A stretch of DNA of 64,000 nucleotides, from positions 211,862,155 through 211,926,154 of the forward strand of contig NC_085841.1 of NCBI RefSeq assembly GCF_035594765.1. The letters run 5' to 3'. Below are positions 1 through 12,300 of the stretch, one piece after another (position 1 is the first letter of the stretch; the number at the start of each line of letters is the position of its first letter). Position numbers and translations under genes: made by a program. Below the pieces are notes generated by a model. It was given only the letters and a program-made list of their open reading frames with translations. It had not been told where the DNA came from and did no database searches. This DNA comes from Anolis carolinensis. Taxonomy: Eukaryota.

Positions 1-665
1 GGAGCGGCAGAGATGGAAGATATCACACATGTAATGTTTAGGTGTAACTTGTATAAGAAAGAAACAAACCTCGGACCATACATTATACAAAAGACACACT
101 GGGATCCTTATATCAAAACTACATTTTTATTGTCTGGTCAGAATGCTAAAATAACATACAAAATGGCCCTTTTTCTATTTAAAGCAACTCAGTTGAGAAC
201 TGCATATTTGGAGCTGATTGTGGTAAATGGAGCCTCCGGTGGGCTAGGGGATTAAAGCCTTGTGACTTGAAGGTTGGGTTCCTGACCTGAAAGCTGCCAG
301 GTTCGAATCCCACCCGGGGAGAGCGCGGATGAGCTCCCTTTTTCAGCTCCAGCTCCATGCGGGGACATGAGGGAAGCCTCCCACAAGTATGGTAAAACAT
401 CAAAACATCCGGGCGTCGCCTGGGCAACGTCCTTGCAGACAGCCAATTATCTCACTCCAGAAGCAACTCCGGTTGTTCCTGACACGAAATTAAAAAAAAA
501 ATTGTGGTAAATTGTAGGGATGATGCAGATCTGGATCAGGATCTTGATCTTGTTAACCGCTTGCTTATTTTAACTTTGATTGTAATGTGGATTGTATGTT
601 CTATGTGCTTGTTAAATGTGCTTGTTAAATGTTTTGATACGGCCTATGGGCTAATCAATAAAACA
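1..665 (+). mobile_element. 3' end of a degraded non-LTR retrotransposon (RTE/RTEX-like), interrupted by a SINE
   Basis: EDITHVMFRCNLY resembles a LINE C-terminal Cys/His knuckle; followed by an AT-rich tail ending in AATAAA. Confidence 0.4.
229..500 (+). mobile_element. Anolis-type tRNA-derived SINE with poly-A tail
   Basis: B-box GGTTCGAATCC; A tail; 12-bp TSD ATTGTGGTAAAT (217-228 / 501-512); many copies in the window. Confidence 0.85.
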
Positions 666-899
666 TATCACCAATAATAATAATAAAAAAATATTACCTG
701 CCTCTCCTAATGGCTGGAGGTGGAATCCAACCAAGTAAAAACATATGGACAAAAATATGTACAATAAATTAAATAGACTAAATTACCAAAAATATGTTTA
801 AAACTTCCACCAAATATATATACAGAATTGGCAACAGAATGCAAATCAAAACTCCTAGTATCCTAGTATTGTCTTCATGAAAAATTGCTTGCAGTGAAC

Positions 900-1370
900 C
901 CCTTCCCGAAAAGAGAGAACAGGAACGTTAAGAAAACCCGATGGGGACCTTCAGCAGTTTAAACACAACTCCCAATAGGCAATGGGAGTGCAAAACCGAG
1001 AATGCTGGGAAATGGGAGTACTCGCCTTATCCAGCCAGAAGCGGCACAGAGCGGAAACAGTGGCGTCGGTAACAACTTTGCTCGGGCTGTTTCGTGCTAG
1101 ACTAGATGCGCGCCCAGTTTACTAGTTCGAACTCACCATACTGTTTGCAGGAAGCTGTATAGTCAATCTGCGCGGAACATGGGACGTCATCGGTACGCGA
1201 CGCCTTCTTCGCCCCTGGGCAGCGTGGCCAATCACGTGCGGGCTGCCGGAGTCTCTTCTGGAAGAGAGAGAGAGAGAGAGAGGCTGATATTCCTAGCCCT
1301 AAGGGGTCTCTGGTGTGTGCTGGGATGGGGAGACCTGTACATGGAAATCTCCTTTGTAGCTGTGGTAAGG
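900..1370. promoter_or_regulatory. CpG-rich promoter of FASTKD1, probably bidirectional
   Basis: Local CpG enrichment; ZNF143/SBS-like motifs ~961-1020; GACGTCA ~1183; CCAAT plus CACGTG ~1228-1238; candidate donors + TG|gtaagg (1365) and - ATG|gtgagt (1139-1131). Confidence 0.7.
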
Positions 1371-1453
1371 CCTGATGATATTTGCAAACACAGTCGGGTT
1401 CACTTCTTCCTTTCGCTCCTAAGGATCTGGGGTGTATTCCAGAAGCACTCTCT

Positions 1454-1494
1454 CCTGACGTTTCTCCCGCATCTATGGCAGGAATCCTCAGAGG
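1454..1494 (-). ncRNA. Minimal type I hammerhead ribozyme motif in a Penelope pseudo-LTR
   Basis: Minus strand cct-CTGAGGA-t-TCCTGC-catagat-GCGGGA-GAAA-CG-TC-agg: intact core, stems I and II, palindromic ACGT stem III. Confidence 0.65.
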
Positions 1495-1535
1495 TTGTGA
1501 AGTCTGTTGGAAACTAGGCAAGTGAAGTTTAAATA

Positions 1536-1860
1536 CAGTAGAATCTCACTTATCCAACATAAACGGGCCGGCAGCATGTTGAATAAGCGAATATGTTGGA
1601 TAATAAGGAGGGATTAAGGAAAAACCTATTAAATATCAAATTAGGTTATGATTTTACAAATTAAGCACCAAAACGTCATGTTATACAACAAATTTGACAG
1701 AAAAAGTAGTTCAATATGCAGTATTTTTATGCTGTAATTACTGTATTTACGAATTTAGCACCAAAATATCACGATGTATTGAAAACATTGACTACAAAAA
1801 TGTGTTGGATAATCCAGAACGTTGGATAAGCAAGTGTTGGATAAGTGAGACACTTTACTC
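1536..1860. mobile_element. Tc1/mariner (Tigger-like) MITE
   Basis: TIR CAGTAGA(A/G)TCTCACTTATCCAA, TA flanks. Confidence 0.8.
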
Positions 1861-2127
1861 TATATGTGAAATTTTCAGGTTGGGAGAAAGAACTCTTGTC
1901 TGCTTGAGGCAGGTGTAAATGGTGCAACTGGACACCTAGATTAGCAGTGAATAGCCTTGCAGCTTCAGGGTCTGGCTGCTTACTGCCTGGAAGAATCCTT
2001 TGTTGGATCTGAGCATATTTGAGAACACAGAAATGCTGGACCACTACACAGAGAAGTCATTGAAATCCACAAGCATGTAAACAGAAAGGAGGAAACCATG
2101 AAAATGAACAAAATCTGGTTACCAGTA

Positions 2128-2449
2128 CAGTAGAGTCTCACTTATCCAAGCCTCACTTATCCAAGCCTCTGGGCTGTCCAAGCCATTTTTGTAGTCAATG
2201 TTTTCAATATATCGTGATATTTTGGTGCTAAATTCGTAAATACAGTAATTACAACATAACATTACTGCGTATTGAACTACTTTTCTGTCAAATTTGTTGT
2301 ATAACATGATGTTTTGGTGCTTCATTTGTAAAATCATAACCTAATTTGGTGTTTAATAGGCTTTTCCTTAATCCCTCCTTATTATCCAAGATATTCGCTA
2401 ATCCAAGCTACTGCTGGCCCGTTTAGCTTGGATAAGTGAGACTCTACTG
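2128..2449. mobile_element. Tc1/mariner MITE, same family
   Basis: Perfect TIR CAGTAGAGTCTCACTTATCCAAGC, TA TSD. Confidence 0.88.
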
Positions 2450-3337
2450 TATTTTTTTTTTAAAAAAACCCTCTTAAATCAGGACAGTACATCAAGAACA
2501 ACACTTTAAAAACAGGGGAATTCCAGATATGAATCAATCAGGGCCAGCTAAAACCTCCCGACAAAGGATTCCTCCAGGCAGGAATCAGCCAGTTCAAGCT
2601 GCAAGGCTTTTCAATGATAATCAAGGTGGCCAATTGCAACATTCACACTTGCCTCCAACAGACAAGAGTTCTTTCTCCCACCCTGGACATTCCACGGATA
2701 CAGAAACCCCACTTGACTAGTTTCCAACAGACGTCACAGTCTCTGAGGATGCCGGCCATAAGGCAAAATGTCAGGAGAGAATGCTTCTGGAACATGACCA
2801 CACAGCCCGGAAAACTCACAGCAATCCATTAATGCTTTTCTACATAGCTCCCATAGATAGATGTTTTCATTTCCCTAAGGCCAAGACATAGCTCCCACAT
2901 TCTCTTTACAGAATATGTGTGGATTCTTATTAAGTATATACTTTTTAAAAACCACAAATGTAACAAGAGAGTTTGTTAGAAATGTCTTGTTTCAAAGCTT
3001 TCACTTCATGTGTAACTTTATACTTTATATGTAGAAGATTCCCATGAAGAATAGGAGTTGTCCAGAGCTCTTTGATGTTATACACTGCTCTACTAACTTG
3101 GAAAACTTGGAAAACCTAGGGCCCTTCCACACAGCCATATAACCCAGAATATCAAGGCAGAAATAATAATAATAATACTTTTATTTTTATATCCCGCTAC
3201 CATCTCACCGAAGGGACTCATGCTGTTTATGCTGGGCCAAGCCCAGCATAAACAAAGATTCCAAGCTAAAACACAATTAAAACATATTAACAATCTAATT
3301 AAAATAAATAAAAACAGAATAAAAACATCAACATCAG

Positions 3338-3592
3338 TTTTTTTTTTCGTGTCAGGAGCAACCGGAGTTGCTTCTGGAGTGAGAGAATTGGCCGTCTGCA
3401 AGGACTTTGCCCAGGAGATGCCTGGATGTTTTGATGTTTTACCATCCTTGTGGGAGGCTTCTCTCATGTCCCCGCATGGAGCTGGAGCTGATAGAGGGAG
3501 CTCATCCGTGCTTTCCTCGGGTGGGATTCGAACCTGGCAGCCTTCAGGTCAGCAACCCAACCTTCAAGTCACAAGGCTTTTATCCCCTAGGC
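3338..3592 (-). mobile_element. Anolis-type tRNA SINE
   Basis: Reverse copy of 229-500; TSD CATCAACATCAG 3326-3337 / 4318-4329. Confidence 0.85.
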
Positions 3593-4309
3593 CAGGGGTC
3601 CTCAAACTTTTAAAGCAGAGGGCCGGTCCACAATCCTTCAGACTGTTGAGGGGCAGAATTATCATTTGGGGGGAAAAACGAACAAATTCCTATTCACACT
3701 GCACATATCTTATTTGTAGTGCTAAACAACAACAATAACAATGAAAGAACAATATAATATTTAAAAATGAAAATAATTTTAACCAACATAAACCTATCAG
3801 GATTTCAATAGGAAGTGTGGGCCTGCTTCTGGCCAATGAGATAGTCAGGTTAATTAGGATTGTTGTTGTTGTGTATCTTCAAGTCATTTCAGACTTTGGG
3901 CGAGCTTAAGTCCAGAATTATTTATTTAAGTCCAAAATTATTTACTACATTTATTTACTACATTTATATCCCACCCTTCTCACACCAAAGGGAACTCAGA
4001 GCAGCTGTATGTACATACAATATATTATATTATTAGCATAGCACAATATTAGCATTATATATTACTATATTGAACTATACCACTATACTGTAATATTATA
4101 TGTAATATATAACATATAATTAATATTATTATGATATTATTGTTAGTATTGTATTGTATAAAATGATAATATTATCAATATTATATGTATATACAATATA
4201 TTATATTATTAAAACTGATATAAAAATATATTATAAATGAGGGCAGGGGCCAGGTAAATTACCTTGGAGGGCCGCATCCGGCCCCCGGGCCTTAGTTTGG
4301 GGACCCCTG
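3593..4309. mobile_element. Non-autonomous hAT DNA transposon
   Basis: TIR CAGGGGTCC(T/C)CAAACT; 8-bp TSD CCCTAGGC. Confidence 0.9.
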
Positions 4310-4335
4310 CCCTAGGCCATCAACATCAGATAAGC

Positions 4336-4872
4336 CAGGGCTTTTCCACACAGCCATATAACCCAGAATATCAAGGCAGAAAAACCCACAATACCTGCTT
4401 TGAACTGGGGGCCCTTTCACACAGCCCTATATTCCAGAATATCAAGGCAGAAAATCCCACATTATCTGAGTGTGGACTCAGATAATCCAGTTCGAAACAG
4501 CTATTGTGGGATTTTTTGCCTTGATATTCTGGGATATAGGGCTGTGTGGAAGGGTCCTAAGGCCCTTTCTACACAGCTGAATAAAATCCCACATTATCTG
4601 CGTTGAACTGGAATATATGGCAGTATGAACTCAGATAACCCAGTTCAAAGCAGATATTGTGGGATTTTCTGCCTTGGTATTTTGGGTTATGTTGCTGTGT
4701 GGAAGAGCCTCTAGATTATCTAGCAGTGTGGACTCATCCAGTTTAATACAAAAAACTTGGGCTCAGATCCTGGGATATAGGGCCTGTCTGGAAGGGTTAT
4801 GAGTCCACACAGCCATATATTCCAGTTCAAAGCAGAAAATGTTGGATTTTATCCAGCTGTGTGGAAGGGACT
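4336..4872. mobile_element. Cluster of palindromic MITEs (GGCCCTTCCACACAGC termini, PIF/Harbinger-like)
   Basis: Repeated inverted modules; further copies at ~11112-11264, 21925-22075, 29660-29790, 31002-31152, 51500-52290, 63922-64000. Confidence 0.65.
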
Positions 4873-4908
4873 CTAGTAAAGGTGTCCCCCCTCATGTAGC
4901 TTCAATTA

Positions 4909-5174
4909 CACTATGTAACAAAATCTGGGCGAAAAAATCTGTTCCTGGTTTGAAAGGGCTACTTCCTGTTTAATTATGTGGTATTTACTTTGAAAAAAGT
5001 TGTTCTACTCCAGAAACTTTGAATTATGGCTGACACAAACTACCGGTATGTGCTGCAGGATGTCCCGCAAAAACAAAGTGTTTGGAGTTTAATAAACTTT
5101 TCCCATGTTTTTATGATAGAACCAATTAAGAAAAGACATTTATAACCCAGGAACAAAAATCATGTTACATAGTG
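4909..5174. mobile_element. MITE with TIR CACTATGTAACA
   Basis: Inverted termini, TA on the left flank; partial copy near 21800-21880. Confidence 0.65.
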
Positions 5175-6046
5175 TTACAGATTTGATTAAAGCTGTTCTC
5201 TCTAGGAATCTCTAAGCTCTCTCAATGCAATCCTATGCTGTGTCCAGTGGAAATGGACCAAAGAGTTATCCTGGAAGGCCTAGAAATTTCTGGAGAGGTG
5301 TTGCCTTCATTTATAAAAGAGAGCAATTTTTTTATTCACTGTTTTTCATTTTCATGGGAATCCTGTTCCCTATCCCCAGGAAATGTAAAGACTGACTGTA
5401 CCATATTTTTAATTTTTATTTATTACAATTTTATTTATTATTTTTATCCGGTTTTTCTTGCCATAGGGACTGGAGGCAGCTAACAATGACATGACATGAC
5501 ACAATAGAATTTAAAAACAAGGTAAATGCACATACCTATGAATACATAAATGAACAAACAATATTTGTGTCATGGATACCATAAAAATGTACTTTAAAAG
5601 TGAAACATCTGTACACCCAGTTTGGGTTTAGAATTTCAGTTCGCATGTTTCTATACAGTAAAATATACTAGAACATAAATCTCAGATTTATTATAGCTTG
5701 GTGAAAAATATTTTAAATCATGGTTTAGTGTTAGTTTGCTTATTGGAAAAAAACTGTTTGTTTTGGGATTTTAGTGTGTGATAGCTGCCTGATACAGACA
5801 TATCTAGCTGGAAAGGCCAGTCATATTTTTGCAGTCATATTTTTAAAGTGGTCATATTTTTAAAGTGATAATGCTACAGATACTTTAGAATTCTTTCGTA
5901 TGTTTGTCCCTTGCAGTAACTTCAAAAAATACAAGGAAAGGAAGATATACAATGTCTAAATGTCAATCCTTTGCTGACAATTGAAAATGAAGGAAAGAAA
6001 TCTCAATCTGGACACAGTTAAATGAAAGTTATAAAAGTCACAAAAG

Positions 6047-6381
6047 ATGCTTCACTTGAGACGTTTTAACCCATTTGCACTGAGGCATTGTTGTTGTCGA
6101 ACTTGGAGCAGTGACCCCTTGTTGTGCCAGCTAAATAACTGCACAAATGAAGATGAAGTCTTTGATCTTGTTGGAAAGAACAAAACAAAACTTTCTGAAA
6201 ATCATGTGGGAAGTGCAGTTCAATTACTTTGGCAGTTTCAAAAGAAGAAGCCCGAGCTCCTGAGGAATACTGACTATGTAAAAAACCACTCCCAGTTTCT
6301 TATTCTTCGCATTTTAGCAGAGAACAAAATTGCATATATGGATAATGAGACACTAGTGGACATGCTCTACAGTATACTCAG
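6047..6381 (+). CDS. FASTKD1: FASTKD1 coding exon 1 (exon probably begins at acceptor 5917)
   Basis: ATG 6047, MLHLRRFNPF...LYSIL; donor AG|gtaagc. Confidence 0.9.
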
Positions 6382-9300
6382 GTAAGCAGTGTGTGGGAAT
6401 ATGTTTGTTAAGCCATTAATTTTTTGGAAAAAAATAGTTTTGTTCCTGTTTTCTTAAAATTGAGTACAGGCAGTCACCAAGTTATGAAAAAGGTTTGTTC
6501 TTAAGTTGAATTTGTTTGTAAGTCAAAACAGGTACATTTTTAAGTATAACTCCAGCCAAATATATATGCATGTGTGTGTGTCTACTAGATATACTTGAGT
6601 ATAAGCAAAGTTTTCAGTTCTTTTTAGGGATAAACCCCTCCCCCGGCTTATACTTGAGTGAGGATCCTGGCCGGCTTATATTTGGGTCGGCTTATACTTG
6701 AGTATATACAGTACATTTATTATTTTTCTCTATTATTATTGTTACTATTACATTTGCTATTTTTCTTATTATTGTTATTATTACATTTATTGTTTTACTC
6801 TATTGTTATTACATTTATTATTTTACTCTATTATTATTGGAAGGATACATACTGGTCGCACATTTACATTGAATAAGGTTCGAATAATTACTTCATCAGA
6901 GTTGGACAGTTTTAGCTTAAATTATAGTTTTATATAAATATTCACAGACATTTAACTTACTAATTCCTCAATTAATAAAATTGTATTGGTATCTATTTTT
7001 ATTTTTGAAATTTACCACTAGTTGCTGCATTTCCCACCCTCGGCTTATACTCAAGTCAATTAATTTTCTCACTATTTTGGGGTAAAATTCGGTACCCCGA
7101 CTTATATCCAGGTCGGCTTATACTCGAGTATATACAGTGTATAATATACATAAGCTTTGAAAAGCATAGGGAAAGGTTAACACCCTTGTGGTGTTTGTTT
7201 TGCTGTCTGTGCCCCTATTCAGAAGATTTAACCTCACTTTCTGTCCTTGTGATCATTGGATTTTGAAACATTTGGCCTATAGAGCTCCCTGTCAGTCGTT
7301 GCTGCCCCCAGTTGCTTCAAGGTCAAGCCAGTCTCTTCAAGGATACCATCCATCCATCTTGCCCTTGATCTGCCTCTCCTCCTTTTTCCTTCCATTTTCT
7401 CTAGCATCATGAACTTTTCCAAGCTTTCCTGTCTTCTCATGATGTGGCCAAAATTCTTCAGCTTTGCCTCTAATATCCTTCGCTCCAGTGAGCAGCCGGG
7501 CATTATTTCCTGGAGGATGGACTGGTTGGATCTTCTTGCGGTCTAAGACACTCTCAGGATTTTCCTCCAGCATCAAAGTTCAAAAGCGTCCATCTTCCTT
7601 CGCTCAGCCTTCCTTATGGTCCACCTCTTGCATTCATAGGTTACTATGGGGAATACTATGGGGACCTTTAACTATGGGGACCTTCGTTGCCAGTGTGATG
7701 TTCAGCACACTACTCTATATATTTTGAGGTGTAATTTGCAATATTCATATCTGATCCCAAAGAAACTGAAATCACTCTCAAATCACTGGTATTCATAAAT
7801 AAGTTAGAAAAACTAAACATGTGCAGTGCTATCCAATCTAAGCCAAAAATCATTCTTAAGACAGCATTAGTCTCTGGTGAAGACAACTTAAAGGGAAAAC
7901 AGAAGATTGGTGTCAGAGGTGACATCATCCATCTTTTTCAATTGCTGGCGGAGCAATGCTGGAAAGGAATAAAGTTATAATTATTCATCCTCACATCTAT
8001 GAATTAATCAAAAGTCTGGGAACAGACACCTACGAAATAGTAATTTACACTAAATGAGATGAGGTGGGTTGGAAATTTGATAGCTGCTCCCTACAATATT
8101 AGGGAATTGGAGAATAAAGCAAGAGGTTATGCTTTCCTGGATATCTTTATTGTCTAAAAAAGGCCTCCTTACACTTTGGAAGCCATGTACTAAACTCATC
8201 TGAGAATGGAATTTATGGAAGCAACATGCATGTATTGCGCCATGTGACCAGTGAGGACTTTCTTCAATGCCAGCATCAGTTCTAGGTGGTCTGTGCTTCT
8301 GGCTCAAGTAGAGGTAGAACTGTGAAGAAGCTGACCTGTACATAAGCACAAGGGACTGAATGTGAGCAAGTGCAATCACTGGCCAACACACATTTTGGTG
8401 CCTCAAATGTTAGCCCTGTTTCTTGGTATTTTTGATCTGCTGATTCCAAAAAATGGCACCTGTTTTTCCCTTTTCAGCTCTAGTTTTTGAGATACTGAAC
8501 ATATGCCATCTACTAGTTGCCATTTGCTTACCCATAAAAAATCATGATAACCGTATCTAAAAAACTAGAGCTGATTCAGTCTATCCAATACAATTTTCTG
8601 AATCAGCACACCAAGTAACCCCAGAAACACCTAAAAACCAAGGCACCAAGAATTCTTTTGTTGAGCTGTGCTATATTTACTTGTAGTGCAACCATTCATT
8701 ATTAACAAAACCTATCTGCTAACAAGCTGCATGTTTCTGGTTATACAGTTTTCATTCTCTAATATGTTCAAAATAACAATGCAGAGCCTCTTCACTTTTC
8801 TTTCTGCAGGTTCAGAGTTGAGGCGCATGATTCATTGGTACAAGAACTGGTGATGGAAGGTTGGAGAAGATTAGATGGGCAAGTACAGTTTTTGTTTTGT
8901 TTCCAATCTTTGTATACATTGGACAGTTGGTTTCTCATACTCAAAAGAGCAGGGGTCCTCAAACTTTTTAAGCCGAGGGCCGGTCCACAATCCTTCAGAC
9001 TGTTGAGGGGCCGGATTATCATTTGAAAAAAAATACAAACAAATTCCGATGCACACTGCACATGTCTTATCTGTAGTGCAAAAACAACAACAACAACAAC
9101 AATGAAATAACAATCCAATATTTAAAAATAAAAACAATTTTAACCAACATACATTTATCAGGATTTCAATGGGAAGTGTGGTCCTGCTTCTGGCCAATGA
9201 GATAGTCAAGTTAATTAGGGTTGTTGTTGCTGTTGTTGTTGTTGTGTGCCTTCAAGTCATTTCAGACTTTGGGTGAGCCTAAGTCTAAAATTTATTTTTT

Positions 9301-12300
9301 ATTTACTGCATTTATTTACTACATTTGTATCACACCCTTCTCACCCCAAAGCAGACTCAGAGTGGCTTACAAATTATATGTACATACAATATATTATATT
9401 ATTAGCATAGCACAATATTAGCATTATATATTACTATATTGAACGATACCACTATACTGTAATATTATTAGTAATATTATATGTAATATAGAATATATAA
9501 TTATTATTATTATATTGTATTATTATTAGTGTTATATTGTATTACATTATATTATTATTATCAATATTATATGTATATACACTATATTATATTATAAAAC
9601 TGAGGGCGGGGGCCAGGTAAATGACCTCGGAGGGCCGCATCTGGCCGCCGGGCCTTAGTTTGGGGACCCCTGCAAAAGAGATTCCACAAGTTTTAAGCAT
9701 GAATTTTATTCTCGTGTCCTAAATGTTAATCTGTGTTCTAATATGTTTTAATATGTATTTTACAGAAATATGTTTTAATATGTATCTTTTATAGAAATAC
9801 ATTTTAATATGTGTGTTTATAGAGTTTTTGCAGTGTTTGTGTGTTTTGACTGTGCTGTGATCCTCCTTGAGCCACAAGGAGAGGTGGGTAAGAAATAAAA
9901 TTGTTGTTGTTGTTGTTGTTGTTGTTGTTATTATTAAACAATAATAATAATGTGGTAGAGGCTCCTTCTTTGGAGGATTTTAAACAGAGGCTGGATGGCC
10001 ATCTGTTGGGGATGCTTTGAATGCGATTTTCCTCTTCTTGGCATGGAGTTGGACTGGATGGCCCACGAGGTCTCTTACAACTCTAGGATTCTATGATTCA
10101 TCAAGAATCCTTCATATATGAAGTGCATACAATATTGCCATGTTTTATATGTGGAACTTTATATCTTTTGATATACTAATGGGATTTTATTTGGTATCCC
10201 CACAGACTAAGCTTGCCTGCATTGTCTAAGTTTGCACTATGTCTGCAGGACCAACAAATCTACAATAGTCCTCTTACAGGTCATGTAGCTGATATTGTCA
10301 GCAGAAACTTGGATTCAATACAGGACACAAGGTAATTTTTGCTCAACAGATATCTCTGGAATAGTACTGTGACTATGTTTGGTTAATATACATGTTTTTA
10401 CAACAGTCCATGTTAAATTGGATTAGATTAGTTAAATATAGATTAAATCTGAAGGAAAATATGCAATAGACAGGAGCTTTCTTACATAGATAAATTCCAT
10501 GTAGAGATATTTTAAACTACTTTATTTGGCATAATGATTGAAACTTCTTGGCCTAGGTGCTTACAAATAACTTTGTGCTCCTTGTTTTTGACAAATTAAT
10601 AGTGTGTGTTCTTTTACGATAACTGTAGTACTTCCAATGGAAAGTTCAGAAACTTTTAAAATAACATTGATATTGACCGTTTGGAGCAATTGTAGTTGTT
10701 ATTACCACTTTTGTAATATTATATTCTTTTCACTGGGAATTTGCTGAGAAGTGAGAAGACGATGAAAACTTCTTGTCATGGCCTTGGTTTCCCAAGCTTC
10801 TTAACTATTACAAATAGTTTAAATTATGACTGGATACTATTTATAGAGCCTTCCTAGGTAATCCTTGATATGTTTGCTTGGCTGTAGATCCTACTGAGAT
10901 TAGCCCCATATTTCATAAATTCTAAGGCACAATCAATTATAAAAATGCACCCTAATTTCAGTATAACCACCACCAACAAAATACTTAAGACACACCTGCA
11001 ATTCTAAGATCTCCATTTTTAGAAATGTTTATATAGGAAAAAGTGCACCTTAGAATCGAAGAAATGCAGTATAATCACATCTATGTTAGCCTCGATTCTG
11101 TAATGATGTCTAGGGGCCCTTCCACACAGCCATATAACCCAGAATATCAAGTCAGAAAATCCCACAATATCTGCTGTGAACTAGGTTATGTGACTCCACA
11201 CTGCCATATATTCCGGTTCAAAGCATATAGTGTGGGATTTTATTCAGTTGTGTGGAAGGGGCCTAGCGGAGGTCTACCTGGTGATTTTGTGATAGGATTT
11301 TATGAGGACATCATGGTGTATAGATCAATTTCATGTCTTCAGCATAATTACTCAGAAGTTAGCCATGTTCAATTCAACCTGGCTTATTCCTGCACATGGT
11401 CATGTAGGTGCATCCTTATCTACCACATCCATAAATCAAATGTGAAGAATTATTTTTAATGGTTTTACTTCAAAAATTGGTGCTTTCTTAGCATTTAAAA
11501 ATGTGTTTATTTTAAATAGCTCTTCAGGAGAAGGCCGTTGGTCACGTCTCACTTAACTGTATTCCATTAGACACCATTCACACGTTTCTATTGATTTTTT
11601 TAATGCAGTGTTCTCCAACTTTCTACATTTCTTAACTCAATAAGTGTCATCTGTCTTGATTATTTTAGGATTTTGTCTGTTTTGATGATCAGCATATCTA
11701 GCGTTATCTCTCAGAATTTCCGAGATCAGTTAATTCAGAAGGCCGAGTTTGCTCTAGAAACCATGGAATTTGTCCCTATGAACCATGTCCGGCGATTCGT
11801 GCAGTTCCTCCGGAATGTGAAACTACCACATCGCCCATTGCTTTATAAATGCAATAAGGTTTTCATTCAGAATGCCAACTACCTAGATGTCGAACATTTA
11901 GCTATCATCCTTGGACTTTACCAATCCTTACAATTCAACAACACTGAGTTTAGATTGATTGCCAAGCAGAGACTGACAGAAATGATGGACGATTGCAACA
12001 ATCCTTTGATCTTCACTCGGCTGTTTGCTAGTCTTGGACCCATGGCAGCACCAGAGGTCAGAGAACAGTAAGTTTTCCTGCTTGTTTAAGTGTTCATGTG
12101 TTTTTATTTACAGGAATATTCTAATTATAATATGTTAATATGTTAAATCTGGAAACTGTTGTACTTACCAGTTACTGCCTTCATGGTCACCAGTAAAGGA
12201 ACTGCACAATTTTAAACAATTTCTCCTTCATGTATTTGGTTTTTGCTTTTTCCTAGCACATTTTCTTCCTCGAAATAGGGAAGAAGCAACTCTGCCCTTT

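Larger units (their letters stand above)
1430..2830. mobile_element. Penelope-like element with inverted pseudo-LTR arrangement, each arm interrupted by a MITE
   Basis: Minus arm ~1430-2006; plus arm ~2007-2830 with remnant (E)VIEIHKH..RKEETMKMNKIWLPV and pLTR end CAGCCCGGAAAACTCACAGC. Confidence 0.7.

Noticed and set aside
229-320. tRNA-like A/B boxes here and at other SINE heads
   Set aside because: SINE heads; no complete cloverleaf
1102-1521. 139-aa and 112-aa ORFs at the left promoter
   Set aside because: They cross Penelope and promoter sequence; no recognisable protein
2741-2778. Third hammerhead-like motif
   Set aside because: Core is mutated (CAAAATGTC instead of CGAAACGTC) and stem II is deleted; inactive
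4336-4872. Regularly recurring palindromic units resembling a CRISPR array
   Set aside because: Eukaryotic MITE modules dispersed throughout the window; no unique spacers or cas genes
5818-5868. Short tandem GTCATATTTTT repeats (also 603-631, 9740-9820, 51233-51266)
   Set aside because: Ordinary slippage duplications with no evidence of function
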